A DNA stretch of 64,000 nt, from contig OZ244621.1 of NCBI GenBank assembly GCA_965218425.1, positions 3,328,001-3,392,000 on the forward strand, read 5' to 3'. A program made the translations under genes and the position numbers. The DNA comes from an uncultured Candidatus Binatia bacterium (GTDB lineage: Bacteria; Desulfobacterota; Binatia; UBA9968; CAXXLF01). Position 1 is the first letter of the stretch. Every line of letters begins with the position of its first letter. The notes under the pieces were generated by a model, which did no database searches, was not told where the DNA came from, and saw only the letters and a program-made list of their open reading frames with translations. This document shows positions 58,684-64,000 of the stretch, piece after piece.

Positions 58684-58876
58684 GTCCCTAGGCAGGTTTC
58701 CTGGCTCTGGCCTTAGCCTACTCGCCGCGCCTTCCCACCGGTTCGTTATTCGTTTTTGGCATTCACGAGTAACGACGCCGGCCGTGGCTTGTCTGCGACT
58801 TTCGTGGCCATCACAGTGGCGGGACCGCACCGGATTTGCACCGGTTTCCCTATTATCCCGTGTGGGCACCTAGGAC
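58684..58876 (-). promoter_or_regulatory. Cobalamin riboswitch upstream of tonB
   Basis: Minus strand CTAGGTGCCC...TAATAGGGAAACCGGTGCAAATCCGGTGCGGTCCCGCCACTGT...GGGAAGG...AGCCAGGAAACCTGCCTAG. Confidence 0.94.
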
Positions 58877-58934
58877 TTATTGTGTGATTCTTTTAGCTGA
58901 GAGCCAACTTGCTTGTCAAGTATATATTAAATTT

Positions 58935-59873
58935 TCATTGGCCCGATTGAAGGTCTTGAATGAAGTCCTTAAATCCTGCTTCCATGTTGAACTGGGGTTC
59001 CCATCCCAGAGACCCCTTGGCTTGGGAGATGGACATGGGCTGGGTGACCGAGTGTGGCGGCTTCCCGGGTATGATTTCCACCTGGAGCTTGGGAAGGAGC
59101 CCCTCTGCCGTGCCCACGAGTTCGTCGAACTTGGTTATGACACCGGCCCCGATATTAAAAATGGTTTTGGCAGGTAACGGGATGGTTGCGGCCAGGTCGA
59201 TGGCGCGGCCCACGTCTTTAAAATAAACATACTCAAAGTCTCTGGTTTGCTCTTGGGCGATTCGTGTCACATTTCCCGTGAGCCCGTTCTGTAGAAGGTT
59301 TTGGATCATTTCCCCACCGCCGGAGCCGGACCAGAAATGACCTAGACCGTAGACGTTGGCCAGGCGCAGAACCATGAGTTCAAAACCGTATTGACGTTGG
59401 TAGGCTTCCAGGATCAGTTCCTTTGCCGCTTTTGAGTTGCCGTAGGCGGAGCCTCCTCCCTTGGCGAAGCCCTCCGTGATAGGTGAGGATACCTTCTGGC
59501 GCCGGTCGTAGACGCCATGGGTGCTGATATGCACCAGTCGCTTGACTCCTGTGAGCCGGACGGCCTCTGCTACATTGACGGTTCCCATCAGGTTAACCTG
59601 AAGACCTGTGTAAAGTGCCTCCGCCACCCGACCCCCGATGAGCCCGGCCGAGTGAACCACCGTATCCACCCGGTGGTCCTTGATGGCCTGGATCAGGGCC
59701 GGCAGGTCACGGACGTCCTTACGCACGATTTCAACTTTTACGTCTCCCAACTTTCTCCGCAGAAAATCCTGGCGTGGCTGCGGGTCAAGATAGACCAGGC
59801 GTTCTCCGCGTTTGAGCGCCGGTTGCCCAAAGGAAGTTCCCACAAGCCCGATGCCGGTGATGAGTGTGGTCAT
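58935..59873 (-). CDS. NAD-dependent epimerase/dehydratase (extended SDR)
   Basis: LITGIGLVG, VHSAG, HIST, YGNSK, LRLANVYG. Confidence 0.9.
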   Translation of the reverse strand: MTTLITGIGLVGTSFGQPALKRGERLVYLDPQPRQDFLRRKLGDVKVEIVRKDVRDLPALIQAIKDHRVDTVVHSAGLIGGRVAEALYTGLQVNLMGTVNVAEAVRLTGVKRLVHISTHGVYDRRQKVSSPITEGFAKGGGSAYGNSKAAKELILEAYQRQYGFELMVLRLANVYGLGHFWSGSGGGEMIQNLLQNGLTGNVTRIAQEQTRDFEYVYFKDVGRAIDLAATIPLPAKTIFNIGAGVITKFDELVGTAEGLLPKLQVEIIPGKPPHSVTQPMSISQAKGSLGWEPQFNMEAGFKDFIQDLQSGQ

Positions 59874-59892
59874 TTCATATCCTCCAGATCTG

Positions 59893-60975
59893 TTATTTCA
59901 TCGGTAGCTTCACCGTGCCCCCGGCCTCTCGGCATTCCTTCTCGAAAATACGCCTGATTTCAGGATCCTCGTCCTCATACTCGATCTGGTAACCCCCTTC
60001 TTTAAGCGAGACATCTGAGTTAATGAGTCCAGGTTGGAGCTTGAAGCGGCGGCTGAGCATCTTGAGGGCCAGGTATCGAGCGGGCCGGTTTCCGGGGTTA
60101 AAGTGTTGATGGAACCAGTTCTCGGGGGGCACAACGATGGAACCCGGTTTCCAGTTGAAGCGCATTCTTTCCCGACCTTCAGGCCACATGAGGGAGTACC
60201 CCTCGCCGGCCACGATAAAGACATGGGCCCCAGGCCCGTGGCGGTGGGCCTTTTTATAAATACCCACGGGAAACTCTGAAATATGGGCGCCCATGGTACC
60301 TTCGGCAAGTTCGAAGAACATGGTGGCGTTCCCTTTGCCCCTTTCACTCCAGGCTATGGGCTCTAGGGTCGTGATGTCGGAAACAAAGTTCGTCTCAAGT
60401 ACACGGTCCTTGTAGAGCTTCGCCTTGCCGCCGAAGTAGTTCTCTTCCCCCTTGAACCTGTCCACGAAGGAGTAGGGGTTGTTCATGATAAAGTCTTCGT
60501 TGTGAAAGAGATTGAAGACCAGGGGAGCATCCGTGACGCCGAGGAGCCGAGCCTCGCGGTCTCCTTGCCCGTTAAAGTGCTGATACCAGGTATTCAAGGG
60601 GACGGCGAAGAGACTTCCCTTATGCCACTCGAAGCTCTGTTTGGGGCCGTTTTCTTGCCAGAGGGTTGTTGCCCCTCGACCCTCCAACACATAGACGAGT
60701 TCCTCGAAGAGATGTCGCTCGGGATTGAGACTTTTTCCCGGTTGGATGCTGCAAACAAAGGCATCGTCCTGGTACCCGCCGCCTTCCAGGTTGATAAAGG
60801 TTCCGTAGCCGCCTTTTCTTTCCCACCATTTGAGGGGCAAGGCCGTGATATCTTCGATGAAATACCCCTTGAAGACGTCGACACCTTGGCTCGTGGCCCA
60901 CGAATCGTAGGGTGTGTCTACGCGTTCTGCGTTACGATTTACTCTTTCGAATGACGGAAAGCTTTCAACCTTCAT
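59893..60975 (-). CDS. Bicupin protein, paralog of 12209-13309
   Basis: RHLFEELVYVLEGRGATTLW...PLNTWYQHFN; AHRHGPGAHV...WFHQHFN. Confidence 0.82.
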   Translation of the reverse strand: MKVESFPSFERVNRNAERVDTPYDSWATSQGVDVFKGYFIEDITALPLKWWERKGGYGTFINLEGGGYQDDAFVCSIQPGKSLNPERHLFEELVYVLEGRGATTLWQENGPKQSFEWHKGSLFAVPLNTWYQHFNGQGDREARLLGVTDAPLVFNLFHNEDFIMNNPYSFVDRFKGEENYFGGKAKLYKDRVLETNFVSDITTLEPIAWSERGKGNATMFFELAEGTMGAHISEFPVGIYKKAHRHGPGAHVFIVAGEGYSLMWPEGRERMRFNWKPGSIVVPPENWFHQHFNPGNRPARYLALKMLSRRFKLQPGLINSDVSLKEGGYQIEYEDEDPEIRRIFEKECREAGGTVKLPMK

Positions 60976-61173
60976 GGATAGGCCTCCATGAGTTTTCGGA
61001 CGCTCGATCTGCATTTAGTTGAAACCGAAAATTAATTCAAGGGACAAGGGCAACGGCCGGCTACAGTGGTGGCGTGGGGCGGAGAAAAGATATAACCGAT
61101 GCCACCTCTGCAAGATTGGAGGACAGGACGGAGCAGTCAAAGTGACGCAACAGGTTAAAAAGTCACACCGGTC

Positions 61174-62046
61174 TTATTTCTTTTTCTGTGCGTCGGACAG
61201 GTATCTTAGCAAGCGTGAGTCCTGTGGTAGCAGGACGGTGCTCTTCGTTCCAAGGAATTTGTCGTAAGCGTCCAGGCTCCGGACGAAACTATAAAATTCA
61301 GGATCCTCTCCATAGGCGCTGCCGTAGATGGCCGTTGCCTGTGCGTCTCCTTCGCCGCGGCGAGTCTGACTTTCCTCGTAGGCCTTGGCCAGTATGATGG
61401 TTTTTTCCTTATCCGTGCCCGCCCTGATCTTGGCCGATTCCTCTGCGCCTTCCGATCGATAACGCTTGGAGATTCTCTCACGTTCGGAACGCATACGGGC
61501 AAAGACGCTCTCCTGCACCTCCCGGGGTAAGTCGGCCCGTTTGACTCTCACGTCAACTACGTCGAGGCCAAACTCTAAAGCCTTGTCGGCGGCCCGAACT
61601 GCAACCGCCTCCATGGCGGGCTCTCGCTCTTGGGCGATGATGGCCGCAAAGTTTCTCCTCGCCAACTCTTCTCTAAGCTCGGAGAAAACGATTTCATCGA
61701 GGCGGGCACGGGCCCCCGGCTCCGCCCGAACCGTCTTGTAAAACAGCAGTGGGTCTTTAATCTTCCAGCGAGTAACATGGTCAACCACCACCCGTTTTTT
61801 GTCTTTTGTGAGGTACTCGGCTGGCTGCGCGTCGCTGTCGAGAATCCGACCCTCGACTTTGACCACCTGTTGGAGAAATGGGTATTTCCAGTTGAGTCCA
61901 GGCTTTGTGATGGCTCGTTTGAACTCCCCCAGTTGGATGACGATTGCCTGTTCCCACTCGCCCACAGTGAAAAAGGTTTGGCTGCCAAAAATGACCACAA
62001 TCACAACGAGAATGAGTCCTACACTAGAAAAAAGTCGACGTGCCAT
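61174..62046 (-). CDS. hflC: FtsH modulator HflC
   Basis: SPFH domain, VVDVRVKRADLP, RMRSERERI...RSEG, DPEFYSFVRSL. Confidence 0.95.
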   Translation of the reverse strand: MARRLFSSVGLILVVIVVIFGSQTFFTVGEWEQAIVIQLGEFKRAITKPGLNWKYPFLQQVVKVEGRILDSDAQPAEYLTKDKKRVVVDHVTRWKIKDPLLFYKTVRAEPGARARLDEIVFSELREELARRNFAAIIAQEREPAMEAVAVRAADKALEFGLDVVDVRVKRADLPREVQESVFARMRSERERISKRYRSEGAEESAKIRAGTDKEKTIILAKAYEESQTRRGEGDAQATAIYGSAYGEDPEFYSFVRSLDAYDKFLGTKSTVLLPQDSRLLRYLSDAQKKK

Positions 62047-62058
62047 GTTCTGCCTCCG

Positions 62059-63096
62059 TTACTGACCCGACGGCGTTATGGGAGCCTGTTTGATGGTGAT
62101 ATCTTTCAACGGCAATAGAGGAACCACTCCTCCTTTGCCCTCGGACTGAAGGATAACCTTCTCTACTTCGGGAAGCACCCGCTCCAGGGTTTCAAGATGG
62201 AGTCGCTCCCTGGTGACTCCGGGTGCCTTTTTATACTCGGCCAGAACGGAGCTAAACCTTGCGGCATCCCCTCGAGCCCTGAGGATTCTTTCTTCTTTGT
62301 ATGCCTCCGCCGCCCGAATAATCTCTTGCGCCTCGCCACGTGCCTTGGGTATCAGGTCCTCGCGGTAACCTTCGGCTTGCCGTACCAGCTTTTCCCTATC
62401 TTCCCGGGCACGGACCACCTCGTTAAATGCGTCCTTGACCTGTTCGGGGGCGTCCACGGTCTGGAGCTTGACGGCAGTGATCAGAAGCCCGGATTCGTAG
62501 GTGTCCATCAGCTGCTGTAGAAATACTCGAGTTTCATCCTGGACCTTCGCTCTACCAACTGTCAGCACTTCATCCACAGTGGTGTTGCCGACGCGGCCTC
62601 TCAAAGCAACCTCAATGGCAGCCCGCAAGGTGGAAACAGGATCGCGCAGGCGAAATAGAAACTGGACGGGGTCTTTGATCCGATACTGCACGATCATTTG
62701 AACGTCCACGATATTCTCATCACCAGTTAGCATCTGGGATTCGGCGGGAACCGGTCGAACCAGACTGGGCCGGCGCGGGTTGCTCCTGAAGCCCACTTCG
62801 ATTTGGCGGACCCGTTCCACGTTAATCACATCCACCTGTTGGATCGGCCATGGCCAGTGGTAGTTCAGGCCGGGGCTTGTGGGGGGTTGCAGGACTTTAC
62901 CGAACCGCCGGACCACCCCCTGCTCTCCTGGTCCTACGATGTAGATCCCACTTGCGACCCAGATGATGAGAATTACTATTATGATAATCGAAGGCAAGCC
63001 AGCCCTCATGAATTTAGGGAGTTGCGGCAGTTTCGAGAGAAATTCCTCCCACTCGCTGCCTCGACTCCACGGCCCGTTTCCGCCTCTTTGTGCCAT
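62059..63096 (-). CDS. hflK: FtsH modulator HflK
   Basis: GVVRRFGK, MLTGDENIVDV, VKDAF, PKARGEA, APGVTRERL. Confidence 0.95.
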   Translation of the reverse strand: MAQRGGNGPWSRGSEWEEFLSKLPQLPKFMRAGLPSIIIIVILIIWVASGIYIVGPGEQGVVRRFGKVLQPPTSPGLNYHWPWPIQQVDVINVERVRQIEVGFRSNPRRPSLVRPVPAESQMLTGDENIVDVQMIVQYRIKDPVQFLFRLRDPVSTLRAAIEVALRGRVGNTTVDEVLTVGRAKVQDETRVFLQQLMDTYESGLLITAVKLQTVDAPEQVKDAFNEVVRAREDREKLVRQAEGYREDLIPKARGEAQEIIRAAEAYKEERILRARGDAARFSSVLAEYKKAPGVTRERLHLETLERVLPEVEKVILQSEGKGGVVPLLPLKDITIKQAPITPSGQ

Positions 63097-63173
63097 ATGG
63101 TACCTATTTTATTTCCTTTCCAGTTAATTTTACTGGGGAAACCTTTGGTTTATTTCAATTCAGATCGTAATGA

Positions 63174-63701
63174 CTATGCCGGCCGTCCGATTCCCATTAA
63201 AGATATGAATAGGAACAGAATCAATGCCTGAACAATCCATCCGATCGCACACACTCCCACTGCCCTCCCCGTGCTTTCGTAGTCCAATGCTGATTTGACG
63301 GCGATCACCATAGCAACGAGCATCCAGATTCCCGCCGCCAGGAATAGGAATCCGCGCAGGAAAGGGATCACTCCGAGGATCCGTAGCAACCCGGGCGCCG
63401 CCGAGAAGCCGATGGTCCGAAGCAGCTCCCCATGGGTGGCGTGGGTTTGCGGCTCGGGCCATATCTTGGTTCCGATCCAGAAGGTGATGTATGCCCAGAT
63501 ATACCAACTGATCAGGGCGATTACGCTGCCGATTAGCAATCCACCGAAATCACCGCCCTTGGCTCCAATGCCCGCGGCAATGGCCGAGAGAACCACCACT
63601 CCCACCGCTTGACCTGTGGCAGAGGTGTCTTTTTCTACTTCTTCAAACAGGTGCGGGTCTAACCTAGCCGCCCTTATCATTCTATTTACGAATGGATTCA
63701 T
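63174..63701 (-). CDS. YIP1-like membrane protein
   Basis: RMIRAARLD...FEEVEKD..ATGQA, LRTIGFSAAPG, AVKSALDY; about 5 transmembrane segments. Confidence 0.78.
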   Translation of the reverse strand: MNPFVNRMIRAARLDPHLFEEVEKDTSATGQAVGVVVLSAIAAGIGAKGGDFGGLLIGSVIALISWYIWAYITFWIGTKIWPEPQTHATHGELLRTIGFSAAPGLLRILGVIPFLRGFLFLAAGIWMLVAMVIAVKSALDYESTGRAVGVCAIGWIVQALILFLFISLMGIGRPA

Positions 63702-64000
63702 CGCTTATGTTTGCAAAACCCTATACTCCCCCCATGCGCTTGTCAAGGCAGATAACCAGGTGCGTCTGTAATTTAGAGAAGTTGCAGTGCAAGGAGAGAG
63801 TAGAGGACACGTGTGGATGCGCTCGGGGACGTCTAACGGTATACGGTATAAGGCTCGGCGTTTTATGACCTAGGTGGACTTTTCTTCAGTAGGTGTCGAC
63901 GTGGATCGAAGGGGACGCCGTTAAGTTTCATCTCATAGTGAAGGTGGGGATTGGTGCTCTTTCCCGTATTGCCAATGTTTGCAATCAGCTGGTCTCTGCG

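Noticed and set aside
63831..63927. attC-like site (GTCTAAC ... GTTAAGT)
   Set aside because: The arms pair poorly, no cassette ORF or integron integrase is visible, and the site is at the window edge.

Overview
A 64 kb chromosomal window from a Gram-negative bacterium. Gene content and order suggest a deltaproteobacterial/Binatia-like lineage; this is an inference. Core housekeeping blocks are xseB-ispA*-tlyA, rpsU-cvpA-dnaG-rpoD-tRNA(CAU), folD-gcvT-gcvH-gcvPA-gcvPB and hflK-hflC. Between them lie catabolic accessory genes: two bicupin paralogs, an orphan solute-binding protein, an OCD/mu-crystallin protein, an atypical M20 peptidase, a VOC protein, SDRs and an atypical adenine deaminase. 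There is a SAM-I riboswitch-controlled sulfur-carrier operon (moeB-thrC*-moaD-cysM) and a B12 uptake operon (tonB*-btuBFCD) with two cobalamin riboswitches. Mobile DNA consists of an intact IS3-family element and a degenerate IS481-family element. The most unusual feature is a ~100-155 bp non-coding element present in five copies. On one strand it folds into a hairpin with four tandem G.A steps and a Y-shaped top, and three copies carry a 7-bp-periodic tail. Four copies lie between divergent genes, and one is split exactly by the IS3 insertion with a CCGA duplication. At least eight pseudogenes or deletion scars are visible, including a cobQ/bactofilin fusion remnant. No CRISPR array, rRNA or prophage was seen. 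All family calls come from motif recognition by eye, not database searches.
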